The position numbers and the translations under genes were made by a program. A DNA stretch of 64,000 bases from an uncultured Candidatus Binatia bacterium (GTDB taxonomy: Bacteria > Desulfobacterota > Binatia > Bin18): positions 3,616,001 through 3,680,000 of the forward strand of contig OZ243961.1 of the NCBI GenBank assembly GCA_965214605.1, read 5' to 3'. This document shows, in pieces, positions 28,641 to 39,867 of the stretch. Every line of letters begins with the position of its first letter. Within the stretch, counting starts at the first letter, position 1. Under the pieces are notes generated by a model, which ran no database searches, was not told where the DNA came from, and saw only the letters and a program-made list of their open reading frames with translations.

Positions 28641-29429
28641 TCAGGCGTGTAAAAACTCACGGACCAGCCGGCTAAAGGCGTTGGGCTTTTCCAGTGGTGG
28701 GCAGTGTCCACACTCGGGCAGGATCTCTAAGCGCGCTCCAGGAATCGCCTGCTGGTAGCGGTGGCCACACTCGAGTGGCACAATTTGATCGTCACGTCCC
28801 CAGATAACCAGGGCTGGCATGCGCAGCCGGGGTAGGAGGCTCGGTAAACTGCGATCATACATATAGGGTTTCCAGCAGTAGCGCACCGCGGTCTCTTGGT
28901 TTTGGACCAGAATATTACGCTCTTCCTTAGACGGTTTATGGCCGAATAGCTCTTCGTATTCGGGCACCTGTTTGGGCTCAAAATACGTCAACTGGCGCGT
29001 GCCCTCTAACCCATGTAGAAAAATATCGGTAATCTCGCCCTGCTGGGGTTGGATGCCGGCCGCATCAACGAGAATCAGTTTGTTAATCAGCCTGGGGCTC
29101 ATGACCGCCATTTCGGCCGCCAGCCAGCCGCCGATAAAGTGGCCGCCGACCGCCGTTTTCTCTAGCCCCAGTTCCTGGAGCAGCCATAGCGAGAAGCGCG
29201 CCAAGTCGATGAAGCTCTCGACCCAATCCGGTCGTTCAGACGCGCCAAAACCCGGCAGGGTCGGCGCGTAGACGGTAAAATGCTCAGCCAGCTGGCCGTG
29301 ATAACGGCGCCAGCCCAGGCTACCCTCACTACTGTGGAACATCACCAGAGGGTCTCCCCGCCCGCCCTTTAAGAGCTGAATTTTCGCTCCGGAAACCTCA
29401 ACGAACTCTTCTTGGTATGGTGTTGACAT
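28641..29429 (-). CDS. alpha/beta-hydrolase-fold protein lacking the nucleophile Ser (GHFIGG)
   Basis: PTLPGFGAS, GGHFIGGWLAAEMA, LVIWGRDDQIVP, CGHCPPLE. Confidence 0.85.
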   Translation of the reverse strand: MSTPYQEEFVEVSGAKIQLLKGGRGDPLVMFHSSEGSLGWRRYHGQLAEHFTVYAPTLPGFGASERPDWVESFIDLARFSLWLLQELGLEKTAVGGHFIGGWLAAEMAVMSPRLINKLILVDAAGIQPQQGEITDIFLHGLEGTRQLTYFEPKQVPEYEELFGHKPSKEERNILVQNQETAVRYCWKPYMYDRSLPSLLPRLRMPALVIWGRDDQIVPLECGHRYQQAIPGARLEILPECGHCPPLEKPNAFSRLVREFLHA

Positions 29430-29442
29430 GGGTCTCTTCTCC

Positions 29443-30654
29443 CTATGGCGCTTGCTCAAACGGTCCGGGTAGATCGAGTTCCTGACCCATTTCCCTGATC
29501 GCTGGCAGCACTGCTTTTTCCATCAGCTGCAGGCAACGCATGGTGTCCGGGTGGCTAATTGTGCCGTCATTAGTCCATACGCCTAGGATACCGGGTCGGA
29601 CCTCGGATAGCATACGGCGGATTTTTTTGATAACCGTGTCCGGACTGCCGACGATGACCCGGTTACTCTCGACCACCTTGTCCCAGCCCGCCGCGTCAAC
29701 CCCGCCGTACAAGGGGTCTGGACGCAGCGAGTGTTTGTACTGCTCGATCAGTCGCCGAGTACCCTCACGCGAGTTGTAGCCCGGCGGTGCCATAAAATCT
29801 CCGGGGAGCGGTACACGACCGACGCCCGCGTTGCCGACCAAAAATCCCTCGCCAACCTCATAGGCTTTTTCGTCCGTGTCCTGAACATGAATCCGCACCA
29901 GATAGCCAAAGTTTTGCGGCCCCGGAGTATAGCCGACCTCGGCCGCGGCCTGGGTATAAATTGCCATCATATCCAGGGTGACCTGGGGATCGGTCTCGAG
30001 ATAGACGTACGGATAGTGATGCTGGGCACACCACACCAGGGTCTCGGGACTGCCGACGCCCGGAATCCAGATCGGCGGGTGAGGATCCTGGAGGGGGCGC
30101 TCAAAGGGGTTGACGACTCGGAACTGATAGTGCTTGCCCTCCCAGCGAAAGGGACCCGGCGTGGTCCAGGTCTTAATAACCAGATCGTGGGCCTCTTGGA
30201 AGCGTTCGCGATTGTAGGCCGGGTTGGTGTTGGTCGCCCAGCTCTCAATGCCGGTGCCGCGCACAAAGCCGGAGATCAAACGCCCGCGCGAGATCATGTC
30301 GATCTCGGCCAACTCCTCGGCCAGCCGAATCGGGTTATCAAAAATCGGCAGAGGATTGCCCAACAGCACGATCTTGGCGTGTTTGGTCGTACGGGCCAGA
30401 ATCGCGGCCTCCAAGTTCATGGCAGCACCCATACACGTCGGCGTATTGTGGTGCTCGTTGAGCATCAAGCCGTCAAAGCCAATCTCGTCCGCATATTCGT
30501 ACTCGTCGAGATACTCGTTATACATGTCCGAGCCAAGGCTGGGATTGAAGTGAGAGTTAGGAAAGGTCAGACGTACGGAACTGCGAAAGCTATTCCGTAC
30601 GTCCTCCGCGCTGTATGCCACATAGGCGCGTTCGGTAAACCGCATTAGAAACAT
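29443..30654 (-). CDS. LLM-class flavin-dependent oxidoreductase
   Basis: LNEHH, PIRLAEELAEIDMISRGRLISGFVRG, PLQDPHPPIW; RBS AGGAGG before ATG 30654. Confidence 0.92.
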   Translation of the reverse strand: MFLMRFTERAYVAYSAEDVRNSFRSSVRLTFPNSHFNPSLGSDMYNEYLDEYEYADEIGFDGLMLNEHHNTPTCMGAAMNLEAAILARTTKHAKIVLLGNPLPIFDNPIRLAEELAEIDMISRGRLISGFVRGTGIESWATNTNPAYNRERFQEAHDLVIKTWTTPGPFRWEGKHYQFRVVNPFERPLQDPHPPIWIPGVGSPETLVWCAQHHYPYVYLETDPQVTLDMMAIYTQAAAEVGYTPGPQNFGYLVRIHVQDTDEKAYEVGEGFLVGNAGVGRVPLPGDFMAPPGYNSREGTRRLIEQYKHSLRPDPLYGGVDAAGWDKVVESNRVIVGSPDTVIKKIRRMLSEVRPGILGVWTNDGTISHPDTMRCLQLMEKAVLPAIREMGQELDLPGPFEQAP

Positions 30655-30847
30655 GGCTGGCCTCCTCCTTGTGCTCAAGACAGACGCTGCTCTCTTCCAT
30701 GATGAGGTGGAACAGCGGCCCACCCTGCCCGGACACTACCCCGGGGGTGGCCACATGGCAAGAACACATCTGAGCACTCTACTTTTGGTCGGCGGGAAAT
30801 GCTACACTCAATGGCCCTAAAACGGGTTACACAGAAAGGAAGAGAGC

Positions 30848-32011
30848 ATGAAAGACGGTTTCCGGGTAATCGATAGCGATCTGCATGTGATTGAAACGGG
30901 TGACGTCTACGAGCACTATTTTGACGAAAAATACCGCGACCAGCGGCCCAAGTATCTGGGCTGGAGTCCGACCAATTTTCCCCATTGGCAGGTCCAGGGT
31001 CAGCTGATTCCGCCCTGGGCGCGATCCGAAGACGTGATTGGACCGCAGAAATTTCTCGACGCACCGACCGAGGAGCTGTACCGCCCTGTGCGCGAACGCA
31101 AATACGAAGCGAGCGCAACGCTTGAGGCGATGGACGCTGAGGGTATTGATATCGGTGTGGTGTACCGGACGTTTGCCCATATGGTGGTGTCGATTGACGA
31201 TCTTGAGCCGGAGTACGCCGCGGCCTGCTGCGCAGCCTTTAACGACTGGTTGGCCGATTACTGTCAGACTAATCCCCGTCGCCTCAAGCCAGCCGCCATC
31301 GTATCTTTGCACGATCCCGAACTGGCCGCAGCCGAGGCCCAGCGTGCGGTTGAGCAAAAAGGCCATGTCGGTGTGATCCTGCTGCCTATGCCGGTCAACG
31401 GCCGGTATTTCAACGCGCTGGAGTGCGATGTGCTGTGGCAAGAGATCTGCCGTTTAAACGTTCCCCTGGCATTTCACGGTACCAGCGGCGGGGCGTCAAG
31501 AGATTACGCCAGCAATCGCTTTCGGGGTCATCCCAACTTTCGGACCCTCAACCACTCATCGGCCTTTCCGATGGAGCTGATGCTCGCGCTCGGGGCGATG
31601 ACCGTGGGCGGGGTGTTAGAGCGGTTTCCCAGTCTGCGGGTCGGCTTCTTGGAGGGAAATTGCGGTTGGCTGCCGTGGTGGTTGAATCGACTCGACGATC
31701 AGTGGAAAAAATATGGGGGCGGCGAATCGGTCAAGCTGCCGGCTCTGCCCAGCGAATATTTTAAGCGCCAGTGTTTTGTCGGCACCGATGTAGACGAAGA
31801 CTTGCTCGGAGTTGTGGTGGACGAAATTGGTGACGACAACGTCGTCATGTCAGTCGATTACCCTCACGCTGACGGACCCTTTCCCAACGGGATTCACACC
31901 TTTCTTCAAGAACACCCCCGAGTCAGCAAGGAGTCCAAGCGCAAAATTATGTGGGATAACTGTATCAAGCTGTACGGGTTCTCAGAGCAGGAGTTGGCTG
32001 CCACGGCCTAG
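30848..32011 (+). CDS. amidohydrolase family 2 protein
   Basis: IDSDLHVIE, AFNDWLADYC, LAFHG, GVLERFPSLRVGFLE, SVDYPHAD. Confidence 0.9.
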   Translation: MKDGFRVIDSDLHVIETGDVYEHYFDEKYRDQRPKYLGWSPTNFPHWQVQGQLIPPWARSEDVIGPQKFLDAPTEELYRPVRERKYEASATLEAMDAEGIDIGVVYRTFAHMVVSIDDLEPEYAAACCAAFNDWLADYCQTNPRRLKPAAIVSLHDPELAAAEAQRAVEQKGHVGVILLPMPVNGRYFNALECDVLWQEICRLNVPLAFHGTSGGASRDYASNRFRGHPNFRTLNHSSAFPMELMLALGAMTVGGVLERFPSLRVGFLEGNCGWLPWWLNRLDDQWKKYGGGESVKLPALPSEYFKRQCFVGTDVDEDLLGVVVDEIGDDNVVMSVDYPHADGPFPNGIHTFLQEHPRVSKESKRKIMWDNCIKLYGFSEQELAATA

Positions 32012-33870
32012 GGTGAATGGATCGCTACACGTTCAGTCCTATCCATGTCGGGGCTGTTGGCCGGAAAGGCAATTGCCCGTAGTTCCTCACCGGTAAGAGT
32101 TTCTCTTTCCAGCAGAGCCTGGGCTGCGTTCTTTAACACCTGGATTTTGGAGCGCAGCAGCTCTGTGACCCGCGCATATTGGGTATCAATGATACGCCGG
32201 ATTTCCGTGTCAATAGCTTGGGCGGTGTCCTCACTATAGTCGCCCGATCTGGGGCTTTGGCCATTTGGTAGAAACAGTGGCTGGTGCTCTTGATCAAAAC
32301 TGATCTGACCCAGCTTGTCGCTCATACCGTAGGCTTTGATCATGTTTTTGGCGATATCGGTGGCTTTGAGCAGATCGTCCCGTGCGCCGGTTGAGATTTC
32401 CTGATAGATGATCTCCTCGGCAACCCGGCCGCCTAGGTACACGGCGATTTTGTTCTCCAGCTCGGATTTGGTGATCACAAAGCGATCTTCGGTCGGCAGT
32501 TGTAGCGTATAGCCCAGGGCGGCCACTCCGCGTGGAATAATCGAGATTTTCTGCACCTCATCGCTGCCTGGCAGCGACAGAGAGACTAGGGCGTGACCGA
32601 TCTCGTGATGCGCTATGCGCTCTTTTTCCGCCTTGTTGAGCACCCGGTTCTTCTTTTCTAGACCGGCAACCACCCGCTCGACCGCTTCCTGTAGCTCAGG
32701 TAGGCCAACCGAGTCTTTGCCCATGCGGACCGCCAACAGTGCTGCCTCGTTGATAATGTTGGCTAGGTCGGCCCCAGCAAAGCCCGGGGTCATGGCCGCT
32801 ATGACATCTAGGTCGGCGTCCGGGTTGAGTTGCACATTGCGCGCATGGACTTTGAGAATCTCTCGCCGGCCGATCTTATCTGGGCGATCGACCACCACGT
32901 GGCGGTCAAAGCGGCCGGCCCGCAACAGGGCTTGGTCTAAAATTTCCGGCCGGTTGGTGGCGGCCATCAGGATCACCCCGGTGCGCTGATCAAAGCCGTC
33001 CATCTCGACTAGCAGCTGATTGAGGGTCTGTTCTCGTTCTTCGTGGGACACCGGGCCGATCCCCCGAGCTTTGCCCAGTGCGTCTAGCTCATCCACAAAA
33101 ATAATACATGGCGCCTTCTCTTTGGCCTGGACAAACAGGTCGCGTACCCGGGCCGCCCCCACCCCGACGAACATTTCCACAAACTCTGAGCCACTAATCG
33201 AAAAGAACGGCACGCCGGCCTCACCGGCAACGGCTTTTGCCAGCAAGGTCTTGCCCGTCCCCGGTGGCCCGACCAGCAGAATCCCCTTGGGGATTTTGCC
33301 ACCCAGCCGGGCGAATTTTTCGGGTGTCTTGAGAAATGCAATCACCTCTTGGAGTTCGGTCTTGGCCTCGTCCACACCGGCCACGTCGTTGAAGGTGACT
33401 TTGACGTCTTGCTCCATGTAGACCTTGGCCTTGCTCTTGCCAATCGACATAAAGCCGCCGCCCAGACCCTGCTTTTGGGCAAACCGGCGCATGAAGAACA
33501 GCCAGATGCCGACAAAGAGCAGCACCGGGATAATCCACGACAAGAAATCACGCAGGAATGTCGTCTCAATTTCCCCGGCAAAGCGGAGATCGCTCATGGC
33601 CAGCTTGTCAGCCAGATCAGGTTCAACCCGAATGGTCACAAACTGCCGTGGCTGACCTTCCAAGGGGCGCTTGAGCGTCCCCTGAATATAGTTATTGCTG
33701 ATCCGGATTTCTTCGATCAGATCCTCGTCGAGATAAGCCTGAAATTGGCTGTAGGGAATCTGTTCGATCTGGGTGGCCTGGAGCCACAGATTGTGTAACA
33801 GGATCACTCCCCACAGCGCGATGAAAACATACCAGATGTTAAAACGGAGCTTATAGTCCATTTTCTTCAT
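32008..33870 (-). CDS. ftsH: ATP-dependent zinc metalloprotease FtsH
   Basis: [50 protein letters not shown]. Confidence 0.97.
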   Translation of the reverse strand: MKKMDYKLRFNIWYVFIALWGVILLHNLWLQATQIEQIPYSQFQAYLDEDLIEEIRISNNYIQGTLKRPLEGQPRQFVTIRVEPDLADKLAMSDLRFAGEIETTFLRDFLSWIIPVLLFVGIWLFFMRRFAQKQGLGGGFMSIGKSKAKVYMEQDVKVTFNDVAGVDEAKTELQEVIAFLKTPEKFARLGGKIPKGILLVGPPGTGKTLLAKAVAGEAGVPFFSISGSEFVEMFVGVGAARVRDLFVQAKEKAPCIIFVDELDALGKARGIGPVSHEEREQTLNQLLVEMDGFDQRTGVILMAATNRPEILDQALLRAGRFDRHVVVDRPDKIGRREILKVHARNVQLNPDADLDVIAAMTPGFAGADLANIINEAALLAVRMGKDSVGLPELQEAVERVVAGLEKKNRVLNKAEKERIAHHEIGHALVSLSLPGSDEVQKISIIPRGVAALGYTLQLPTEDRFVITKSELENKIAVYLGGRVAEEIIYQEISTGARDDLLKATDIAKNMIKAYGMSDKLGQISFDQEHQPLFLPNGQSPRSGDYSEDTAQAIDTEIRRIIDTQYARVTELLRSKIQVLKNAAQALLERETLTGEELRAIAFPANSPDMDRTERVAIHSP

Positions 33871-33919
33871 GGTCTAATTCTAAGTCTCCTGAGGGGGTGC
33901 ATCAAGCCTAGGCAGCGTC

Positions 33920-35404
33920 TCACTGGTCGAGAACGGAATTGGGGCGGCAGGCGGAGGCGAACAGGGCGTTTGTATCCATGGTACTGGCCAAGGTGTTGGC
34001 AAGTTCGTCCAGGGATCGCTCAACGCGCGACTCGTAGTCGAGCTCTGAGGCGGTATTGGTACAGATGCGCTCTAACCAGGCTCGCCGATAGGCGTCGTTG
34101 GCAAACAGGCCGTGCAGATAGGTGCCCTCGACACGCCCGCTCTGACTGCGCGCGCCGTCAGCGCCCGTGGTCAGCTGGAACATCGGCTGGCTGAGTGCTG
34201 GCCCGTGCGACTGGCCGGTGTGGATCTCATAGCCGGCAACCAGGGCGCCGCTGAGGGCGCAATGTCCCTGGGCGACGCGAACGATTTTGTGGTCGAACAT
34301 TGTGGTCTCAAGCTCAAGCAGCCCCAGCCCGTCAACCGACCTTCTCGGACCGTCAGCGCCCGAAGGATCGTGAATACGCCTACCTAGCATCTGAAATCCA
34401 CCGCACACCCCCAACACCTGGCCGCGGTGGCGAGCATGGGCAATGATGTCATGGTCCCAGCCTTGGGTGCGTAGAAAGGCCAGATCGCCAATCGTCGATT
34501 TGGTGCCAAATAGAATGACGACGTCCACATCGCGAGGGATCGGCTGACCGGGCGGCACAAAGGCAAAGTCCACATGCGGCTCCAAACGGAGCGGGTCGGC
34601 GTCGTCAAAGTTGGCCATACGGGACAGCATCGGAGCGGCAATCCGTATCCGTCCGGCGTGCTCGGCGCGCGTCTGGGGGAGCGGTACGGCATCTTCGGCC
34701 GGCAGGTGGGCCGCGGAGGGCGTCCAGGGGATCAGGCCAAAGCACGGCCAGCCGGTGCGGCGCTCAATGGCTGAGATACCGGCTTCAAACAAGGTCGGGT
34801 CTCCTCGAAACTTGTTGATCGCAAAACCGACAATCAGTCTGCTGTCCTCGGGGTCCAGCACGGCCTGCGTCCCCACCAGGGCGGCAATGACGCCCCCACG
34901 GTCGATGTCGCCGACAAGACAGACCGGAATGCCGACGCGCCGGGCAAAGCCCATGTTGGCAATGTCGCCGGCCCTCAGATTGATCTCTGCCGGACTGCCG
35001 GCCCCCTCGACAATGACGAGTTCGTGATCCGCAACGAGCCGTCCGAAGCTCTCCATAACCACGGTCATCAGACGAGCGCGGCCGGCCGGGTAGTCTCTGG
35101 CCTCCAGCAGGCCCACCGCCCGCCCGCGAACGACGAGCTGCGCACCGCGGTCGGTCTGCGGTTTCAAGAGCACTGGGTTGAAATCCGGCTGCGGGGTCAG
35201 TCCAGCGGCCCGAGCCTGGAGAGCTTGAGCACGGCCAATCTCCCCGCCGTCGGCGCAGGCCGCGGCATTGTTGGACATGTTCTGCGGTTTGAACGGGGCA
35301 ACGCGAATTCCGCGCTGCCTAGCAAGCCGACACAGCCCGGCGACAATGACAGACTTACCGACATTTGATCCAGTTCCCTGAACCATGATGACCCGCGCGC
35401 TCAT
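33920..35404 (-). CDS. cobQ: cobyric acid synthase
   Basis: MVQGTGSNVGKS, PFKPQNMSNN, EGAGSPAEINL, DIDRGGV, GVCGGFQMLG, GYEIH, GTYLHG. Confidence 0.96.
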   Translation of the reverse strand: MSARVIMVQGTGSNVGKSVIVAGLCRLARQRGIRVAPFKPQNMSNNAAACADGGEIGRAQALQARAAGLTPQPDFNPVLLKPQTDRGAQLVVRGRAVGLLEARDYPAGRARLMTVVMESFGRLVADHELVIVEGAGSPAEINLRAGDIANMGFARRVGIPVCLVGDIDRGGVIAALVGTQAVLDPEDSRLIVGFAINKFRGDPTLFEAGISAIERRTGWPCFGLIPWTPSAAHLPAEDAVPLPQTRAEHAGRIRIAAPMLSRMANFDDADPLRLEPHVDFAFVPPGQPIPRDVDVVILFGTKSTIGDLAFLRTQGWDHDIIAHARHRGQVLGVCGGFQMLGRRIHDPSGADGPRRSVDGLGLLELETTMFDHKIVRVAQGHCALSGALVAGYEIHTGQSHGPALSQPMFQLTTGADGARSQSGRVEGTYLHGLFANDAYRRAWLERICTNTASELDYESRVERSLDELANTLASTMDTNALFASACRPNSVLDQ

Positions 35405-35492
35405 AGTCGGTCTGTGTGTCTAGCATACTGTCAGCGTCGCGTCCGCCCCGCTTGACTCTGTGCCCGGCCTCGGATAGAGGAGAGAGCACGTC

Positions 35493-35672
35493 TGCTTCAG
35501 GTGCCCATTCAGGGTAAAAACGGGAAGCCAGTGAGAAGCTGGCGCGGTCCCGCCACTGTGATGGGGAAGCGGGTCTCGACAATGCCACTGCCGGTCAGAC
35601 ACCGGTGGGAAGGCCGGGACAAGCGCCGGGGCGCATGCCCCCGCACCCCTCAGCCAGGAAACCTGCCTGAAG
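35493..35672 (+). ncRNA. cobalamin (B12) riboswitch
   Basis: AGGTGC..AAAAACGGGAAGCCAGTGAGAAGCTGGCGCGGTCCCGCCACTGTGA..GCCACTG..TGGGAAGGC..AGCCAGGAAACCTGCC; upstream of a btuB-like gene. Confidence 0.93.
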
Positions 35673-35824
35673 CCCTAAACCAGCCTCTCCGCGGAGAGAG
35701 AAAGGTTGCCGTATGATGATTTTGCCCACCCGCGTACCGACATTTGGCCCTTTTTGCGCGGTTCTCTGTCAGCATACACCTGCTCCTGTCTGCTCTCCGC
35801 TGTTGGCTTCCTCGAGGAGGGAAG

Positions 35825-37834
35825 ATGGGAATATATGCTATGGCTTTCGTCCTGTGGGGGCTGAGCGTCTTGCCGGTGGCGGCCCAAACCACCAAGGTCC
35901 CAGCCCCAGGGGCTGAGCAGCCTCAAGAACGTTCCCGCGTTGTCCCCTTGCCCCACATCGTGGTCACCGCCTCGAAACTGGAAGAACCGCTCTCACAGCT
36001 TTCAAACGCGGTCACAGTGGTGACGCGAGAAGAGATTGAGCAACGCCAGACGACCGACCTGTTTGAACAGCTACGCGAGGTGCCGGGCTTGATCTTTGTC
36101 GCGCAGGGCGGCCGGGGCGGGGTGACATCCCTCTTTGCCCGTGGCGGTGAGTCCGACCACAACCTGATTCTGATAGACGGGGTGAAAGTCAATCGGCTCG
36201 GCGGCTCTTTCTCTTTCAACGACCTGACGACCCTTGGCGTGGACCGTATTGAGGTCGTGCGCGGTCCACAAAGCGCCCTGTATGGCTCGGACGCCATGAG
36301 TTCGGTCATCCAACTCCTGACGCCGCGCGGACAGGGACCAGTGCGTGCCACGCTCGGCTTCCGCGCCGGCAACCCCCATACCTTTGAGGAGCGTGCCGGC
36401 ATCTCGGGCGGCACGAACCTGTACGGCTACACCCTTGCTGTCGAACGGATTGACACGGAAGGCGTCCTGCCGGTCAACAACGACTTCAGCAACACGACGG
36501 TTGCCTCGCGCTTTGACCTTGACCCGCACGACGATCTGCACCTAACCACGACCGTTCGTTACATCGACAGTCGGTTCCATTTTCCGACCTCCAACGGCGA
36601 CATTATCGACCGGCGTAACAACGAGCTGGACCCGCACAGATATACTGACATCCGCCGTTTGATTCTTGGCCCACGGGTCGTCTACCGGCCCACGGCATGG
36701 TGGAGACACCGCCTGCAACTCGGGCTGACGCACACCTGGTGGACCTACCGCGATCGTGAAGATCCAGACGTTTTCCCGCACTCCTCGAATCTAACGAAAT
36801 CGCGTGAGTCCCGCTTGTCCGCCGACTATTCGTCTGATTTATTCCTGCCAACCGTGTATGCGGTCTCGCCCATTTTTACCCTTGGCGGCTACGTCGAAAG
36901 TGAGCATCTGAACCACAAATACCACGCTACCAGCAGCTTTGGCCCATCCCGTTACAAACGTGTCGAGAGTCGGAACGCCCAGGCCTTCTATACCCAACTT
37001 CGCCTGGCTTGGCGTAAGCTGCTGTTCATCACCTCTGGGTTCCGGCTCGACGACGCCTTTCGCTATGGGATCCACCTCAACCCTCGTGCCTCAGCCGCTC
37101 TGGTCGTGCCCGGCCCCAACACCAAGCTGCGCGGCGGCTACAGCGAAGGGCTTAGAGCCCCGAGTTTTTGCGAGAACTTCTCGTGCTATTCGGCCTTTAG
37201 CCGCGGCAACCCGCACCTGAAGCCGGAAGAATCCAGAAGCTGGGAAATCGGCCTTGACCAACCGCTTGAACTGGCCGGGCTGGGTGCGGAGCTGAGTCTG
37301 ACCTGGTTCTCGAACCAATATAAAAACCTGATTGCTTGGCGGAGCGCTCCAGCCCCAGCCCCGAACTTCGTCAATGTCGAGCGCTCCCGCAGCCGCGGAC
37401 TTGAAGCCGGCGCACGAGCGACTCTGCCCTACGGCTTGTCGCTACGCGGCGCCTATACCTATCTGGAGACAAAAATCTTGGAGGGCCAAGACAGTGGATC
37501 GTATGCGAAAGGCGGGCCGCTCATTCGCCGGCCCAAGCACGTCGGGGCTGTGAACCTGAACTATGCCGGCGAGCGACTGAACGCTAACTTCCACCTGTAC
37601 ATCAAAGGCAATGTCTCTGAGTATAGTTTTGCCTCCGGGGGCGGGGTGCTGCACGACGGCTACGAGCAGGCGGACCTCGCCCTGTCGTATCTGCTGTTTG
37701 AGAATAGGTGGGGTCTGCGTGCCCTGACTGTGGAGGGACGGGTGAGAAATCTGTTTGACGCCGACTATCAAGAGGTCGTGAATTTCTCGTCTGCAGAGAC
37801 GACCTTTCTGGCCGGCTTCCGGGCCGAGTTCTGA
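35825..37834 (+). CDS. btuB: TonB-dependent cobalamin receptor
   Basis: IVVTAS TonB box, RGGESDHNLILIDGV, RIEVVRGPQSALYGSDA, C-terminal F; follows the B12 riboswitch. Confidence 0.88.
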   Translation: MGIYAMAFVLWGLSVLPVAAQTTKVPAPGAEQPQERSRVVPLPHIVVTASKLEEPLSQLSNAVTVVTREEIEQRQTTDLFEQLREVPGLIFVAQGGRGGVTSLFARGGESDHNLILIDGVKVNRLGGSFSFNDLTTLGVDRIEVVRGPQSALYGSDAMSSVIQLLTPRGQGPVRATLGFRAGNPHTFEERAGISGGTNLYGYTLAVERIDTEGVLPVNNDFSNTTVASRFDLDPHDDLHLTTTVRYIDSRFHFPTSNGDIIDRRNNELDPHRYTDIRRLILGPRVVYRPTAWWRHRLQLGLTHTWWTYRDREDPDVFPHSSNLTKSRESRLSADYSSDLFLPTVYAVSPIFTLGGYVESEHLNHKYHATSSFGPSRYKRVESRNAQAFYTQLRLAWRKLLFITSGFRLDDAFRYGIHLNPRASAALVVPGPNTKLRGGYSEGLRAPSFCENFSCYSAFSRGNPHLKPEESRSWEIGLDQPLELAGLGAELSLTWFSNQYKNLIAWRSAPAPAPNFVNVERSRSRGLEAGARATLPYGLSLRGAYTYLETKILEGQDSGSYAKGGPLIRRPKHVGAVNLNYAGERLNANFHLYIKGNVSEYSFASGGGVLHDGYEQADLALSYLLFENRWGLRALTVEGRVRNLFDADYQEVVNFSSAETTFLAGFRAEF

Positions 37835-37846
37835 GGAGAGAGGGCG

Positions 37847-38788
37847 GTGTGGCTGATATCGGCCTGGGGGACACAGCTCCGGTGGGTCGCCGGTGTACTG
37901 AGCACGGTGCTGCTGGTCGCCTTAGTCTACCGCCCCCATGCCTTGCGTGGCGAAGCCATGTCGGCGCGGTTTCCGCCCCAGCGGATTGTGTCCATGACCC
38001 TAGCCGCGGACGAGATTCTGTTGGCTCTGCTGCCGCCCGAGCGGCTGCTTGGGCTGACCTATCTGTCCGACGACCCGCGTTATTCAAACAGCGTTGCTCT
38101 CGCGGCCCGGGTCCGGCACAAAGTCTCTGCCAACGCCGAGCAGGTGATCGCCTTGCAGCCGGATTTGATCATTGCCTCAGCTTCGGCCTACACTGGGACG
38201 ACCGCCCGCCGCTTCATCCGTGAGACCGGCATCGCTCTGCTCGAACTGCCCTGGCAGAGTTCGTTTGCCGGAGTGCAAAAAAACATCCTGGCTATCGGTC
38301 GGGCGATTGGTACGCCGGCCCGGGCGCAAGTTCTGGTCGCGGACATGGAGCGCCGGATCCAAGCCGTCCAAGAACGGCTGGCCGGCGCGCCGCGGCCCCG
38401 CGTGTTGTTCTACTTTCCCGGTGGCTTCAGTCCCGGCAGAGGGACAACGGTCGATGAGATGATCCGCCTGGCCGGAGGGCTGAATGTCGCCGCGGCCGCT
38501 GGGGTGCGCGGTGTCAAACAGCTGTCCCGGGAGAGCCTGATTAGCCTCAACCCGACGGTCATCCTAGTTGGCGGGTGGGCCGGCCATCCCGAAGGTGGCA
38601 GTCTGCGGCCCCTGCTGCTGGCAGATCCAGGCATGAGGGAGATTGACGCAATTCAGACCGGACGGGTGTCCGTTGTTCCCCATACATATGTCGGTTCGCT
38701 CTCGCACTATATTGTGAACGGCGTTGAGGCGATGGCCCAGCAGCTCCATCCCCAGGCCTTTGCCGGGGCAGAGGCCCGACGGCTATGA
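37847..38788 (+). CDS. btuF: cobalamin ABC transporter substrate-binding protein
   Basis: PQRIVSMTLAADEILLAL, AEQVIALQPDLII, IRLAGGLN. Confidence 0.85.
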   Translation: MWLISAWGTQLRWVAGVLSTVLLVALVYRPHALRGEAMSARFPPQRIVSMTLAADEILLALLPPERLLGLTYLSDDPRYSNSVALAARVRHKVSANAEQVIALQPDLIIASASAYTGTTARRFIRETGIALLELPWQSSFAGVQKNILAIGRAIGTPARAQVLVADMERRIQAVQERLAGAPRPRVLFYFPGGFSPGRGTTVDEMIRLAGGLNVAAAAGVRGVKQLSRESLISLNPTVILVGGWAGHPEGGSLRPLLLADPGMREIDAIQTGRVSVVPHTYVGSLSHYIVNGVEAMAQQLHPQAFAGAEARRL

Positions 38789-39867
38789 GTACGGTGGCTC
38801 GGGCCGCGTTCGGACGCTGGAGCCCAAGAGCACGGGGTTGGCTCCGGTCCGGTTGGTGGTTGGCTGCGGGTGTTGGGCTGCTTCTGGTGTCGATGTTGAC
38901 CGGCCTGGCAGTCGGGGCCGTACCAATCCCGTTGGAGACCACCGCCCAGGTGTTAGCCAAAGGCATATTAGGGCTGGAGGTTGACGGTCAAGAGCGCGCC
39001 CAGGCCACAATTGTGTATCTTCTGCGGTTTCCGCGGGTACTGACCGCCGCCTTGGTCGGGGCCAGCCTGGCACTGTCCGGGGCGCTCATGCAGGGATTGT
39101 TCCGCAACCCGCTGGCTGACGCCGGGCTGATTGGCGTGTCCAGCGGCGGGGCGCTGTCCGGGGCGCTGGTCATGAGCGCTGGACTGGCCGCTGGCGCTTC
39201 TTTTGCCCTGCCCCTGGCGACTTTTGGCGGCGCGCTGGCGACCGCCTTTGGGGTGTATTTTTTTGCCACCCGTCGGGGCCGAACTGCGCTGACCCATTTG
39301 CTCCTGGTCGGGATTGCCGTCAACGCGCTATTTGGAGCGCTGACTACCTTTGTGCTGAGCATGGCCGAGTACGAGGTCTCGCGCCAGCTCCTGTTTTGGC
39401 TCATGGGCGGACTCGACGGACGCAGCTGGCCTCATGTGCAGATGATGCTGCCGTTTGCGCTGGGCGGATTTCTGCCAGCGTTTTTTTTGAGCCGGGATCT
39501 GAATATTTTGAGTCTGGGCGAAGAGACAGCAACCACCCTGGGCTTACAGGTTGAGCGTGTCAAGCGAGTGCTGCTGGTGCTGTCGGCCCTGCTGGCCGGA
39601 GCGGCTGTGGCGGTGAGTGGAACGGTTGGCTTTGTTGGGCTGGTCATCCCCCACGCGATACGGCTGCTGGTCGGTCCCAACCACCGTGCGCTCCTGCCCG
39701 CCGCTGCCCTGGCCGGAGCCATTTTTTTGATCTGGTGCGATGTGTTGGCCCGCACCCTGGTACCCAGTGAGGAGCTGCGGCTGGGGATTATTACCGCCTT
39801 TGTGGGCGCGCCTTTATTTCTCAATCTGCTGCTCCGCCAAGAGCGGAGCCAGCGAGGGGTGACGTGA
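38785..39867 (+). CDS. btuC: cobalamin ABC transporter permease (FecCD family)
   Basis: RFPRVL, QGLFRNPLAD..GVSSGG, GFVGLVIPH. Confidence 0.88.
   Translation: MSTVARAAFGRWSPRARGWLRSGWWLAAGVGLLLVSMLTGLAVGAVPIPLETTAQVLAKGILGLEVDGQERAQATIVYLLRFPRVLTAALVGASLALSGALMQGLFRNPLADAGLIGVSSGGALSGALVMSAGLAAGASFALPLATFGGALATAFGVYFFATRRGRTALTHLLLVGIAVNALFGALTTFVLSMAEYEVSRQLLFWLMGGLDGRSWPHVQMMLPFALGGFLPAFFLSRDLNILSLGEETATTLGLQVERVKRVLLVLSALLAGAAVAVSGTVGFVGLVIPHAIRLLVGPNHRALLPAAALAGAIFLIWCDVLARTLVPSEELRLGIITAFVGAPLFLNLLLRQERSQRGVT

Noticed and set aside
29731-30648. Long antisense ORFs (also 53205-54146, 56375-57184, 3124-3789, 4449-5162)
   Set aside because: Shadow frames of real GC-rich genes, with no recognisable motifs
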